Origin: Candidatus Poribacteria bacterium
Lineage (GTDB): Bacteria; Poribacteria; WGA-4E; WGA-3G
Length of the DNA: 64,000 nucleotides
Assembly (NCBI GenBank): GCA_965198235.1
Contig: OZ240248.1
Location: 1,856,001 to 1,920,000, forward strand
Direction of reading: 5' to 3'
The translations under genes were made by a program, and so were the position numbers. Below the pieces are notes generated by a model. It was not told the DNA's origin. It searched no databases and saw nothing but the letters and a program-made list of their open reading frames with translations. Below, one piece after another: positions 10,635-20,657 of this stretch (position 1 is the first letter of the stretch; each line of letters begins with the position of its first letter).

Positions 10635-10869
10635 GTCAGTAACCCAACCTTAAAAGGTTGGGCTTGTGCGAAGCGTAGCCAAACGTCCACTCCACAGGAC
10701 TAAACTACTGACTACAGGTCGCCTAAACCCGTGGCGATATTAATAACGGGTTTACTGTAGATCTCGTTTGCAGGCGCGAGAAAAAATAATGCCTGCACTT
10801 TTCAAAACCAAAAGGAGGCGGTTTTTCCTCCCACTCCTAAAGGGTTGGGTTTCCAAACCGCAAAACTTG
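10635..10869 (+). mobile_element. Non-autonomous IS200/IS605-family element with omegaRNA/HEARO-like 5' end
   Basis: Starts GTCAGTAACCCAACCTTAAAAGGTTGGGCTTG with complementary TACTGAC downstream; ends TTCCTCCCACTCCTAAAGGGTTGGGTTTCC...CTTG followed by ATGA; no nuclease ORF. Confidence 0.65.
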
Positions 10870-11673
10870 ATGAAGCCATTCCACTATATTAAAAATCGAG
10901 TTGAAAGATTTTTTTACAATGCTTATCAGCGGCGCTTGGAATCCGAAGCCAATGCGTGGAACATCCCACGCCATATCGGTGTAATTTTAGATGGAAATCG
11001 TCGCTATGCTAAAGCCAGTGGACTTGACGATATCATTGAAGGGCACCATGAGGGCGCGGACAAGCTCGAAGAGGTACTCCATTGGTGCGACGAACTCGGC
11101 GTTGAAATTTTTTCAATCTGGATTTTCTCGCTTGATAATTTCAAACGTGCAGCACATGAAGTTGAAGGAATTCTTGGGCTTATTGAGGGAAAAATGCGGG
11201 AACTTGTCACAATTAAGGGACTCCATAGGAACCGGATCAAAGTGCGTGCGATGGGGCAGATAGAACTGTTACCACCCAGTCTGCAAGAAGCGATTCGGGA
11301 GGCGGAAGAAGCGACGCAACATTACGACAAGTTTATCTTAAATGTCGCTGTTGCTTATGGTGGGCGAGAAGAAATTATTGAAGCATTTCGGGGGCACCTG
11401 AAAGCCGAAAGTGAAAGCGGTAAACCTGCCCATCAAATTGCAGACGAACTCACAGTGGACAAGATTACACCCTACCTTTACACTTCAAACCTCCCCGATC
11501 CTGAGTTAATCATTCGCACCAGCGGTGAGGTCCGGTTATCAGGGTTTTTGCTCTGGCAGAGCGTTTACTCAGAATTCTATTTCTGCGATACGTACTGGCC
11601 CTCATTTCGGAAGATCGACTTTCTCCGTGCTTTGCGTGCTTATAGCCAACGAAAACGACGATTTGGACAATAA
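10870..11673 (+). CDS. uppS: cis-isoprenyl diphosphate synthase (UppS family)
   Basis: PRHIGVILDGNRR, FSLDNFKR, YGGREEI, DPELIIRTSGEVRLSGFLLWQ. Confidence 0.9.
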   Translation: MKPFHYIKNRVERFFYNAYQRRLESEANAWNIPRHIGVILDGNRRYAKASGLDDIIEGHHEGADKLEEVLHWCDELGVEIFSIWIFSLDNFKRAAHEVEGILGLIEGKMRELVTIKGLHRNRIKVRAMGQIELLPPSLQEAIREAEEATQHYDKFILNVAVAYGGREEIIEAFRGHLKAESESGKPAHQIADELTVDKITPYLYTSNLPDPELIIRTSGEVRLSGFLLWQSVYSEFYFCDTYWPSFRKIDFLRALRAYSQRKRRFGQ

Positions 11674-11782
11674 AAGATAGACAGTAAAAATTCGACATAG
11701 CACTGCTAATCACTAACGGTTAAAATTTATTCCATCTGTGTATTCCAATTCCGTTGACAGATAGGTGAGAAGGAGCAAGCAC

Positions 11783-12550
11783 ATGAGATTTGGGGTTTGT
11801 ACAGGTTTAGAGAATGTCAATCGACTCGCAGAAGTTGGATATGACTACATTGAATTAGGCGTGCGTCCGGGGTTGATGCCTGAAGCGGATGAGGCTGAAT
11901 TCCAGAAAATTCGTGAACAGGTAGCGGAAGCACCGTTAAAGGCGGAGTCGTACTCCGGATTCATCCCCGGTGACCTGCGTGTGGTAGGCGATACAGTGGA
12001 TTTCCCACGCCTGTCACGCTATGTAGAGACCGCGTGTCGCAGAGGTAGTGAAATTGGCGGTGAAGTTATCGTCTACGGCAGCAGCGGTTCCCGGAGTATA
12101 GAAGAAGGCTATTCGCGCGAACGTGCATTGGCACAAATTGCTGAATTCCTCGATATGGCGGCAGATCATGCCGAAGCGCACAACATGACGATTGTCATCG
12201 AACCAATTTGCTGGCGAGAGGGCAATATCCTTCGGACCGTCGCAGATGGACTCGCTATGGCAAAACGCGTGAATCGTCCGGGTATCAAGGCGTTGGCAGA
12301 TCTCTATCACATCTATCAGGAAGAAGAACCGATGCAAAACATCATCGACGCTGCTGAGTGGCTCGCGCATGTCCACATAGCGGAACCGATCAAGCGTTCC
12401 TATCCCGGAAACGACGATTTCGATTTCACAGATTTCTTCACGGCACTACAAAAAGCGGGCTATGACGGTCGAGTCTCGTGTGAGTGCAAATTTGACAATT
12501 TTGATGAGGATGTTGAGGTAGCTTTGGAAACCATGAAAGCTTATATCTAA
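11783..12550 (+). CDS. Sugar phosphate isomerase/epimerase (xylose isomerase-like TIM barrel)
   Basis: GYDYIEL, IVIEP, DLYH, HVHIAE, GYDGRVSCE. Confidence 0.85.
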   Translation: MRFGVCTGLENVNRLAEVGYDYIELGVRPGLMPEADEAEFQKIREQVAEAPLKAESYSGFIPGDLRVVGDTVDFPRLSRYVETACRRGSEIGGEVIVYGSSGSRSIEEGYSRERALAQIAEFLDMAADHAEAHNMTIVIEPICWREGNILRTVADGLAMAKRVNRPGIKALADLYHIYQEEEPMQNIIDAAEWLAHVHIAEPIKRSYPGNDDFDFTDFFTALQKAGYDGRVSCECKFDNFDEDVEVALETMKAYI

Positions 12551-12593
12551 CAGATTTTTGATATAGCGTCAACCGCTTCCACGCTTTTAGGAG

Positions 12594-13547
12594 GTGGAAC
12601 TTATTCTTACACGCGAACAAGGTAGAGTCATCCGGGCGCGGACAGGATCTTATGATGTCCAACACGATGATATTATCCTGCGATGCATACTTCGTGGCAC
12701 ACTCAAACGGAGACACCGCTCTGAAACCGGACGCAGACTGTATGCCGACCCAGTTGCTGTCGGTGATTGGGTCATCTTCACGCAACTTGATATGGAAGAG
12801 GGAGTGATAGAGGATATTCTGCCTCGCCGGACAAAGTTCTCGCGGCAATACGCTGGAAAACACGAGGATATTGAACAGGTTATCGTTGCTAATGCACATC
12901 AGGTCGTAGCCGTTGTCGCTACGCTTATGCCGTCCCTTAATTTTCGGACGTTGGATAGGTTTCTTATCTTGGCGGAGGCAGGGGACATGGAAGCGGTGGT
13001 ATGTCTTAACAAGATGGACTTAGTGGATGAAACCCAACGAACAGAGCTCACAGCAATCTTTGATGTTTATGAGAAGTTGGGTTACCGGGTCCTCTATACC
13101 AGCATCAATGTGCCTGGGAGCCTGGACGCACTCCGAAATGCGCTGAGGGATAAATTTAGTGTTATTGTTGGCGCGTCTGGTGTCGGAAAATCCAGCCTGC
13201 TAAACGCACTCCAACCCAGCTTGGACTTGCGAATCGGTGAAGTCGGTATCAGAACTCAGAAGGGACGACATACAACAACACTTGTCGAGCTCTTTCCCTT
13301 AGACATCGGCGGCGAAGTCGCGGACACGCCCGGTATACGGGAAGTTGGGTTGTGGGGTGTGGATACGGAGAATTTAGAACACTATTTCCCGGAAATGGAA
13401 CCTTACCTCGGCACATGCAAATACAATGATTGTGCCCATGTCACAGAACCTGATTGTGCTATTCAGGATGCCGTTGAAGCAGGGGAAATACATTCAGAAC
13501 GGTATCGAAGCTACGTCGTGTTACGGACAGAAGGGACAGAGAAGTAG
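12594..13547 (+). CDS. rsgA: Ribosome small subunit-dependent GTPase A
   Basis: NKMD, GASGVGKSS, GRHTTT, DTPG, C-terminal CKYNDCAH..EPDC zinc finger. Confidence 0.95.
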   Translation: MELILTREQGRVIRARTGSYDVQHDDIILRCILRGTLKRRHRSETGRRLYADPVAVGDWVIFTQLDMEEGVIEDILPRRTKFSRQYAGKHEDIEQVIVANAHQVVAVVATLMPSLNFRTLDRFLILAEAGDMEAVVCLNKMDLVDETQRTELTAIFDVYEKLGYRVLYTSINVPGSLDALRNALRDKFSVIVGASGVGKSSLLNALQPSLDLRIGEVGIRTQKGRHTTTLVELFPLDIGGEVADTPGIREVGLWGVDTENLEHYFPEMEPYLGTCKYNDCAHVTEPDCAIQDAVEAGEIHSERYRSYVVLRTEGTEK

Positions 13548-13634
13548 TCAGTAAAGAGGGCATTAGTTAAAAATCACGCAGCTTGGAACGAAGTGGAAAG
13601 CGGATCTACGGAAAGGAACGTCAAAGTTCCAAAC

Positions 13635-14348
13635 TTACCTGACCGAACCGCAAGGAAAATTAGAAAATGGGAAATGTTCACGCGCATAAGCCAACCGTTC
13701 TGGAACACCAATATCGATCCAGTCCGCGTCCGTTCGTAACGCATAGAGATTGGAAACATATGGAAAAACATCTCGTTCCATAGAGAAGTTTTCTCGGTCA
13801 CTTGGAAACGCATCAGCAATGCTTTGATCGAAAATATATATCGCACCGTTGACATATCCAGCGCGATAGATAGGTTGTTTCTCACAAAATGCCTGAATTT
13901 TTCCCTCACCGTCCGATATAATTTCGCCGTACGGACGGATGTCCGGGACATGCACACTTAACAGCACACCTGCCATTCTGTGGTCAAATCGAATTAACAT
14001 TTCCCGCAGTGAAAAGTTCGCGAGCAAGATATCGCCATTTAGGACAAAAAAGGGTGATGTATCGATCTGCTGCATCGCGTTCTGAATCGCGCCGCCAGTG
14101 CCGAGTCTCTTTTCCTCTTTGGCATAACGGATGCACATCCCGGCGTAAGCGTCTCCTACGCGTTCATAAAGCACATCGTGAAGGTGTCCCGACGCGAGGA
14201 CGACCGCGGTGACACCTACATCTCTCAACAATTGGATTTGCCATTCTAATACTGTTTTCCCAGCGATCTCCAGCAGAATCTTCGGAAGCGTTTTCGCTGC
14301 CTCACCGAGTCGCGTGGCAAGACCGCCGCACAGAATAATCGCTTGCAT
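13635..14348 (-). CDS. NDP-sugar pyrophosphorylase / nucleotidyltransferase
   Basis: AIILCGGLATRL, PKIL, LGTGGAI, VLNGD, WIDIGVP. Confidence 0.85.
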   Translation of the reverse strand: MQAIILCGGLATRLGEAAKTLPKILLEIAGKTVLEWQIQLLRDVGVTAVVLASGHLHDVLYERVGDAYAGMCIRYAKEEKRLGTGGAIQNAMQQIDTSPFFVLNGDILLANFSLREMLIRFDHRMAGVLLSVHVPDIRPYGEIISDGEGKIQAFCEKQPIYRAGYVNGAIYIFDQSIADAFPSDRENFSMERDVFPYVSNLYALRTDADWIDIGVPERLAYAREHFPFSNFPCGSVR

Positions 14349-14368
14349 CGTTACAACCCCTACTTTCT

Positions 14369-14417
14369 CGCTGGCGAGGTTTCCTGGGGGAAATCCGCAG
14401 AAATACCCCTCGCCTAC
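14369..14417. repeat. GTAG-type REP hairpin (family F4, ggcgaggtt..aacctcgcc) with modular insert in the loop
   Basis: Compare uninterrupted copies at 33987-34011 and 36013-36038. Confidence 0.7.
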
Positions 14418-14453
14418 TGTCGCAGCACCCCACACCACGGACATAGATCCATG

Positions 14454-15335
14454 CTATTCCGACCTATGTCCTGCGAAGCCGCGTGGGTTTTCAAAAGCAT
14501 CTATCCACATATCACACCATTCTTGGTGTTCGGACAGGACAGTTTCGGGATTTTTATGGCTTTGCACAATGAAGTCAGGATGTGCCGTTCGTCCTGTGTG
14601 ATGCCCTGTGGTCTGATAGCGTAAATCCAGCGACCAACGACACCGATCGGACGTGTTTGGCTCCGAACGATGTGGTGTAAAACGGCTTAATAAGATGAGG
14701 TCGCCGCGGTAACATTCCAGCATGAGGGGTTCAACATCCGGCATTAACTCCGGTTTGATCATGGTCCCGCCCTCTTTCTGGTGGCTTAGATAACCTTTAT
14801 CTTCGGTAATACCGGGTAATGCCTGGAGGCATCCCATCTCTATTGTGCTATCGCCTAACGGAAGCCAACATGTGACGATGATGGATCCCTCTGCCTCCGG
14901 CATCATGACACCAGCATCCTGATGCCACGGCACACCACCTGCCCAACTTGCATTCCCATCTATAACGGGCGGTTTTGCACGTAAGTGCTGAATCGGATTG
15001 CAAGTAATTTCGGGACCAACAATTCCTTCAATCACATCTAAAAGGTTGTCGTTTTTCAGGAATTCGAAGATGGCTTTGCCGCGGTAGTGCATGATATCCA
15101 AACCGCTCACCATCTCACCGGACTGTGCCAGCAACTTGCCGAACCGCTTATTGAAGGGTTCGTCTTCATGCAAGTCTTCGATTTTATCTTCCTGCTTTAA
15201 GGCAAGGGCGCGTTCCGAAATCCAATCTGAAATCTCATCAATCACTGGCTGTAGGTCTTCATCAGTCAAGGCATTTTTGACTATCAGTACGCCTTGTGTC
15301 CAGAAGGTTTCGCACTGCTCTGGCGTGAGTCTCAT
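14454..15335 (-). CDS. Phytanoyl-CoA dioxygenase (PhyH) family protein
   Basis: PWHQD, TCWLPL, GCLQALPG, PHRS, R.SLDLRY. Confidence 0.85.
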   Translation of the reverse strand: MRLTPEQCETFWTQGVLIVKNALTDEDLQPVIDEISDWISERALALKQEDKIEDLHEDEPFNKRFGKLLAQSGEMVSGLDIMHYRGKAIFEFLKNDNLLDVIEGIVGPEITCNPIQHLRAKPPVIDGNASWAGGVPWHQDAGVMMPEAEGSIIVTCWLPLGDSTIEMGCLQALPGITEDKGYLSHQKEGGTMIKPELMPDVEPLMLECYRGDLILLSRFTPHRSEPNTSDRCRWSLDLRYQTTGHHTGRTAHPDFIVQSHKNPETVLSEHQEWCDMWIDAFENPRGFAGHRSE

Positions 15336-15393
15336 AAGGAAATCTCTCCCTCTTAACGGATGCGGTTCTGCGTCTGAAAGTTATAAAGAAAAC

Positions 15394-15640
15394 GTAAGCC
15401 CAAACAACGTGCCGGGCTGGCTCTACGTCGAGGTTTTTAAACTATGGCCTCCCGGGTACCTCTCCTGGTACGAGCCTATAGAGACTTGTCGGACAATGTT
15501 ACGCGGTGGTTTCTGATTAAGTCCAAAACACCTTTCGTAGCTATAATTGACCGAAAACCCGCTCGTAATGGAATGGAGAGCGGTCCAGGTGCCCATAAAT
15601 TAAAAAACTTCACCGAACCGCAAGGAATAATTAAAAATAT
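15394..15640. repeat. Family F2 element interrupted by family F9 (agcctatagaggcttg) repeat
   Basis: gtaagcccaaacaacg...accgaaccgcaaggaataattaaaaa matches 28796-28883 and 31345-31433; F9 copies at 23648, 33078 and 62552. Confidence 0.6.
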
Positions 15641-15698
15641 AAAAAGTTTTGTAAATATGATAGCATAATGGGAAAAATTCAACAAGGAGCATTACGGC

Positions 15699-16703
15699 AT
15701 GAAAGGTAAACGGATTGTGATGCCAGCGAAACGTTCAGCAACGCTGGAGGATTTCGAGCTTGATGAAACACTCACGCCGAACCAAATTCTGTTAAAAACG
15801 CACTATAGTTTGATTAGTCCCGGCACCGAAGGCGCAGGGTATACTGGACTCGAAAGCGGGACACGATTCCCACACGGCTCTGGCTATACGGCGATCGGTG
15901 AAGTTCTCAGGGTCGGTGAAAACGTGACCAAATGTGTCGCGGGAGATCTCGCTTTCTGCTATAGTCCACACGCTTCTATCGCCAAAACTGAGGCAGTCCT
16001 TTTAGCGTTTAAACCACCTTTAGAAATAGATGAGAAACTGGTCCCGTTCGTCCGAATGGCAACCGTCGCGATGACATCTCTACGGGTATCTTCTGCCGAA
16101 TTTGGGGATACCGTCGCCATTATCGGCTTAGGGTTGGTCGGCAATTCTGCATCGCAACTTTTCAGTTTGGCTGGGATGAAAGTCATCAGCATCGAGCGAG
16201 TACCGCGTCGGCTTGAAATCGCCCAGCAGTGCGGCATCCAGCACCTTATTAATCCGGACGAAGAAGATGTGCTGGAACGTGTTATAGCGTTAACAAACGG
16301 CGAAAAAGCGGCAGTCACTGTCGAAGCAATTGGAAACCCGCGACTCGTCGAAACGGCGTACCAATTGACCGGCACCAAGGGAGAGGTTATCTTACTGGGT
16401 TCACCGCGAGGCGAGTACATCACCAACGCAACGGAGATTCTGAACTATAGCCACAGTATTGGCTTAGGCGCGATTACGCTCAGAAGTGCGCATGAGTGGG
16501 TCTACCCGACGATGCACACTGGTGAGTCGAAACATTCACTTGAGCGTAATTCTCGCTTAGTCTACTCGCTCATCTGTGAGGGCAAGTTCAAGGTGGAAGA
16601 ATTGCTGACGCATGTAATTGACCCGGAAGCAGCACAATCTGCCTACGATGGATTGACGGATCGCAAGGACGAATACTTGGGCGTGATCATGGACTGGACG
16701 TAG
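15699..16703 (+). CDS. Zinc-binding alcohol dehydrogenase family (MDR) protein
   Basis: SLISPGTE, GY..IGEV..VG, GLGLVG Rossmann motif; AAGGAG RBS. Confidence 0.85.
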   Translation: MKGKRIVMPAKRSATLEDFELDETLTPNQILLKTHYSLISPGTEGAGYTGLESGTRFPHGSGYTAIGEVLRVGENVTKCVAGDLAFCYSPHASIAKTEAVLLAFKPPLEIDEKLVPFVRMATVAMTSLRVSSAEFGDTVAIIGLGLVGNSASQLFSLAGMKVISIERVPRRLEIAQQCGIQHLINPDEEDVLERVIALTNGEKAAVTVEAIGNPRLVETAYQLTGTKGEVILLGSPRGEYITNATEILNYSHSIGLGAITLRSAHEWVYPTMHTGESKHSLERNSRLVYSLICEGKFKVEELLTHVIDPEAAQSAYDGLTDRKDEYLGVIMDWT

Positions 16704-16828
16704 TATTTTGACAGGACTCACGTCAAATTACCTTTAGGCGGGCTTCATCCTTATGCGTGTTAGATAGCATGTCTACGAAGGTCCCTGTGGGGAATTGGAT
16801 AACATAAGCCCTGTCCGTTTAACAGAAA

Positions 16829-18187
16829 TCAGTCTTGCCATCGATTCTGGAATTCTGTCACCATTGCTTCAGGGGCACCGTGCTGCGCTAAGAAGTCCAA
16901 AAACGCTTGGTAGAGCCGACGCGCCTCTGACGTATCTGACTCAAACCGATTCTGTATCTGATCCGGATCAGAGGGTAAATGGAATAATTGCTTCGGTGCG
17001 CCTTGGTTCTCTAAAAGCAGGGACCAGGTGCCATCAGTGATGTTTCCATGCGGGCTTCCACCGTCAGGACTCCAGCCGCCGACCCATGCCCCGTGCGTAA
17101 CGGCATACTCGCGCCCTGTGTCGGTATCTCCCATGATAACCGGGAGAATACTGTTTCCTTCCACCTGTCCACCGCGCTCTGCACCAAATACATCAATAAC
17201 AGTAGGTGGAATATCGATAATACTGGCGAGTGCATCTGTGTGACGTGGTGTCGCCTCTGGGTGATAAACCAGTAGTGGGATATGGACAATTTCTTCATAC
17301 ATGCTAAAATTCTTCGCAAGCAGTCCGTGTTCACCCAATAGGAAGCCGTGGTCTGCCATGAAAATCACCATCGTGTTTTCCATTAGACCCATATAGTCGA
17401 TTTTCCGTAAGAATTGTCCGATCCAATTGTCAACCAGTGATGCTTCTGCGCGGTAGAGGGCGTTGAGGCGTTCCGTCTCGCGTGCGTTCATCGGATTGGG
17501 ACCGTAAGGTGGATAGATCGGTTCCGGTCCGTCGTAATCGCTTGAATCGAAACGTTTTAGATACCATTCAGGGGCATCCCACGGTTCGTGTGGGTCGAAG
17601 GTGTCCACCATTAAATAGAAGTTTTCGTGTTGATGATTTCGCTCCAACCAGTCGCAAGCCGTCTGCACAGTCTGGGCAACGAAAGTATCTGCCTCTGTCT
17701 GCCGAAACGCAATGTTTCTCAGGTGGTTGCCGAGCCCAGGGGGCAACTTGTTCGGATGTGTTCGTGTATACTCGCGATGCCGCAATACGTCCTGCGATTC
17801 ATAATCATAGGGATGCGTCTCCAAGCAATCGCCTTCCTGTCCTCGGATCCATTTCCATCCGGTGAACCCGCGATTGTAAAAGAAACCGTTGTTGATGTGG
17901 TGTGGCGTGTCGGCAATCATCATACTAACGATGCCAGCGTTCGTTAAATCAGTCGCGATGACAGGTACATCTCGCTTCAAGGGTTCCCATCCCCGCCGAC
18001 AGATGCCGACCTGACCTGTCACCAAATCCCCTCGGATTGGGACAGTCGGATAACTGCACACATACGCTTTGTCAAAAACGACACATTTTTCCGCGAAGGC
18101 ATTCAAGGATGGTGTGTACCCTTTTCCGCCATAGATAGCGAGGTTATCGCGTCGAAATGTGTCTGAAATAATATGGATAATGTTCAT
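16829..18187 (-). CDS. Sulfatase-family hydrolase with Thr at the nucleophile position
   Basis: NIIHIISDTFRRD, PTVPIRG, DTFDPHEPWD, ADHGFLLGEHG, HIPLLV. Confidence 0.85.
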   Translation of the reverse strand: MNIIHIISDTFRRDNLAIYGGKGYTPSLNAFAEKCVVFDKAYVCSYPTVPIRGDLVTGQVGICRRGWEPLKRDVPVIATDLTNAGIVSMMIADTPHHINNGFFYNRGFTGWKWIRGQEGDCLETHPYDYESQDVLRHREYTRTHPNKLPPGLGNHLRNIAFRQTEADTFVAQTVQTACDWLERNHQHENFYLMVDTFDPHEPWDAPEWYLKRFDSSDYDGPEPIYPPYGPNPMNARETERLNALYRAEASLVDNWIGQFLRKIDYMGLMENTMVIFMADHGFLLGEHGLLAKNFSMYEEIVHIPLLVYHPEATPRHTDALASIIDIPPTVIDVFGAERGGQVEGNSILPVIMGDTDTGREYAVTHGAWVGGWSPDGGSPHGNITDGTWSLLLENQGAPKQLFHLPSDPDQIQNRFESDTSEARRLYQAFLDFLAQHGAPEAMVTEFQNRWQD

Positions 18188-18273
18188 GTCAATTAATTTC
18201 TCCATTGGTAAGACGATATGAGGGAACTGAGGCAACGGACCTGCTCAGCGATATAATTCATGTTTATTTTCTC

Positions 18274-18367
18274 AGGACTTACGGAGTTAGAGCGGACAGC
18301 GCGATTATTTTTAACCCCCTAAATCCCCCTTATCAGGGGGACGGACGAAACCAACTGCGTAAGTCCT
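18274..18367. mobile_element. MITE-like element (family F5, TIR AGGACTTACG)
   Basis: aggacttacg...cgtaagtcct; second copy 46256-46378; internal cccccttatcaggggg hairpin also seen at 33174. Confidence 0.7.
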
Positions 18368-18372
18368 ATTTA

Positions 18373-19767
18373 TTATACACCGTCTTCAGTTTCGGATGTA
18401 GGCTTTTCACGATTAGCCATTTGCACGACAGCTGGCAGTAATCCGTAGATACCCCAAAAAGGGATCCCAATGGCATCACCATTCAGCAGATTGTTCACTG
18501 TGAAATGCACCATCAATGAAATTTCTGCTGCCATCAATCCAATGACGATAGCACGGTAAAAACCATCCTCTAACGTTTTGAGTGCGAGAAAACCGTAGCG
18601 TAGAAATGCAAGGTTCAGCCATATCCATATACCTAATCCAACAATTCCCAATTCCGCCATAACTTGGAGGTATTCGCTGTGTGCACCGAGTTGGTACTGT
18701 GCCGTATAACTGCCAACGAGTGCTACATCTTCCTCGTACAACATCGCAAACGCACCATAACCCTTACCCAAGATAGGACTTTCAGAGAACATCGCGACCG
18801 CTTGTCCCCAGCGTAGAAGGCGCGCTCGGTTTGAAGCGTAACTGAGGTCCACCGCGGATGTAATACGTTCAACGAGAATGTTGTAGATACCGGGCAAATT
18901 CAGACAGATCAGTAAGATAAGGCATGTGGCACCGATAAACAGAATCTTTTTATGCGTAACGCCTTTCCCCAGTTGCAGCAGCATGAAACTGATCGCAACG
19001 ATGACCGATAGCCAGACCCCACGCGAAAAGCACATTAGGAGACCCACACCGAAGCAAATGAACCATGCTGTCCAGAGCACGCGGTCATACCCACTATTGT
19101 CAAAGAGGAGACGACTCAGGCAGATAAGGAAAAAGAGCGCAGTAAATGCCCCGTAAACGGAATAATTCGTGAACGGCGCGCTCCGATACGCACTCGTCCA
19201 CTGCCATGCATCTATGTGATAAATGAGAACAATAACTGTCCAAATGACAGCAACCGCAGCGGATGGAAAACTGGCAATAAAAAGCCGTTTCAGTGCAGTC
19301 CTGTTTTGGATAACAGCGTGCACTACCACGCTAAAGAGCATGTAAACTGTCGCCCGGAGTGCTCCTTTAAGTGTGCCAAAAAGATCTGGTGTATTGATTG
19401 CAGAAAGGAATGTAGCAAAAATATAAAAGCAGAGTGGGGTGAAAAAAGGGAAGGTGTTTTCCTGTTTATTCTTCCGGAGTGCCCGATCAAGTATTTTTTG
19501 TCCACAGTAAACCGCAACGAGCATGCCTAATAATGGCTCTGTCGGTGTTTGAATCTCAAAGCGACCTGGGAGAATGTAGCGAAATGAAAACGGCAGAGCG
19601 ATTAACAGTAGATAGACCGCAAGTTCCATGCCGAAAAGGACGAAAGCACCGGTGGCAGCCAGTAAGCTGAGAAGCGGGAGGGGCGTATCCGAGTAACCAC
19701 CGATAATACAGCCGAATACGAGACAGACAACAAATGGGAGAATACGCTTACTATGCTTTAAGGACAT
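18373..19767 (-). CDS. O-antigen ligase family membrane protein
   Basis: FSRGVWL, R...W..A..MF...PILGKGYG, AHSEYLQVMAELGIVG. Confidence 0.85.
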   Translation of the reverse strand: MSLKHSKRILPFVVCLVFGCIIGGYSDTPLPLLSLLAATGAFVLFGMELAVYLLLIALPFSFRYILPGRFEIQTPTEPLLGMLVAVYCGQKILDRALRKNKQENTFPFFTPLCFYIFATFLSAINTPDLFGTLKGALRATVYMLFSVVVHAVIQNRTALKRLFIASFPSAAVAVIWTVIVLIYHIDAWQWTSAYRSAPFTNYSVYGAFTALFFLICLSRLLFDNSGYDRVLWTAWFICFGVGLLMCFSRGVWLSVIVAISFMLLQLGKGVTHKKILFIGATCLILLICLNLPGIYNILVERITSAVDLSYASNRARLLRWGQAVAMFSESPILGKGYGAFAMLYEEDVALVGSYTAQYQLGAHSEYLQVMAELGIVGLGIWIWLNLAFLRYGFLALKTLEDGFYRAIVIGLMAAEISLMVHFTVNNLLNGDAIGIPFWGIYGLLPAVVQMANREKPTSETEDGV

Positions 19768-19816
19768 CCGTGAAGGGTTAACAGTTTTCAGGGAAAAAAG
19801 GTTTCTTAACTAACCA

Positions 19817-20500
19817 CTAAAATCGCATTTTGACACCTAACCCGATTGCAGTGCCATCTAAAATCAGATCGAGTGGTACAGTGCCTGTTGTTTCTACTGT
19901 TTTAAGTATCCGTTTCACCTCAAAGTTGAGTGAAAAATTATGATCCCACTGCAGCAGTTCTGCCCCGATGAGGACATACCCGGTTGGACCTGAGGTGCTA
20001 TTATCAAAGCTGATACCCTGTTGTTCAATGAGATCGATTGCGCTACCACTAAAGCTTGTTCCCAAATAACCGATACCACCCCCCAAGTAAATTGGAAGGT
20101 ATTCGGCGAGAAGCACCGGGCGATAAATAAACTGATACGAAATCGGGATGAGGGTGGTAGAGAGGTTCGCTGAGGTAGGCGGTGGAATGTCAAGTTCCAT
20201 TTGCCAATAGCCGAACTCCAAACGTGAATCTAACTCGGGGCTATGTTCAAATACAACCGAAAACGTTGGTAACAACGCGCCCGGAATCTGTGATACTCCG
20301 ACGCTCTGGAGAATATCAGCCAGGCTACCCAACTCCGGCTTGTATGAGAATAGGGACAACTGAAACGACGGGAACTGCAGGTGTTCTGCTAAAAATTCTC
20401 GGATGGGGGACGGTCGCAGGGATTGCACACCGGTGGTATCTGCAAGTGTTAGGCAGGGAATCAACAACAGAAGCAAGCAACAGGCAAATACCAAACGCAT
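19817..20500 (-). CDS. Putative outer-membrane beta-barrel protein
   Basis: Signal peptide, YLGGGIGY strand, C-terminal amphipathic strand ending in Phe (IGLGVKMRF). Confidence 0.6.
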   Translation of the reverse strand: MRLVFACCLLLLLIPCLTLADTTGVQSLRPSPIREFLAEHLQFPSFQLSLFSYKPELGSLADILQSVGVSQIPGALLPTFSVVFEHSPELDSRLEFGYWQMELDIPPPTSANLSTTLIPISYQFIYRPVLLAEYLPIYLGGGIGYLGTSFSGSAIDLIEQQGISFDNSTSGPTGYVLIGAELLQWDHNFSLNFEVKRILKTVETTGTVPLDLILDGTAIGLGVKMRF

Positions 20501-20551
20501 AAGTGGTAAAGTCCTTATCCAATGCGCATATAGGGCAGTAACATGACAACA

Positions 20552-20577
20552 GTAGGCGGGTACGAAAACCCGCCTAT
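20552..20577. terminator. GTAG-led hairpin (REP-like or terminator)
   Basis: gtaggcgggtacgaaaacccgcctat downstream of the OmpA gene; similar single hairpins at 41556-41580 and 58272-58296. Confidence 0.5.
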
Positions 20578-20657
20578 ATGTTGATACAAAAGTACTTGGG
20601 CTGCATTCATTAGGTCAGAGGAACTCAAACGGCTTCCACCCAATGAATAGTTTGGAA

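Noticed and set aside
10768-10869. N-terminal extension of the isoprenyl transferase in the ORF track
   Set aside because: It is read-through of the mini-element's right end; family similarity begins at ATG 10870
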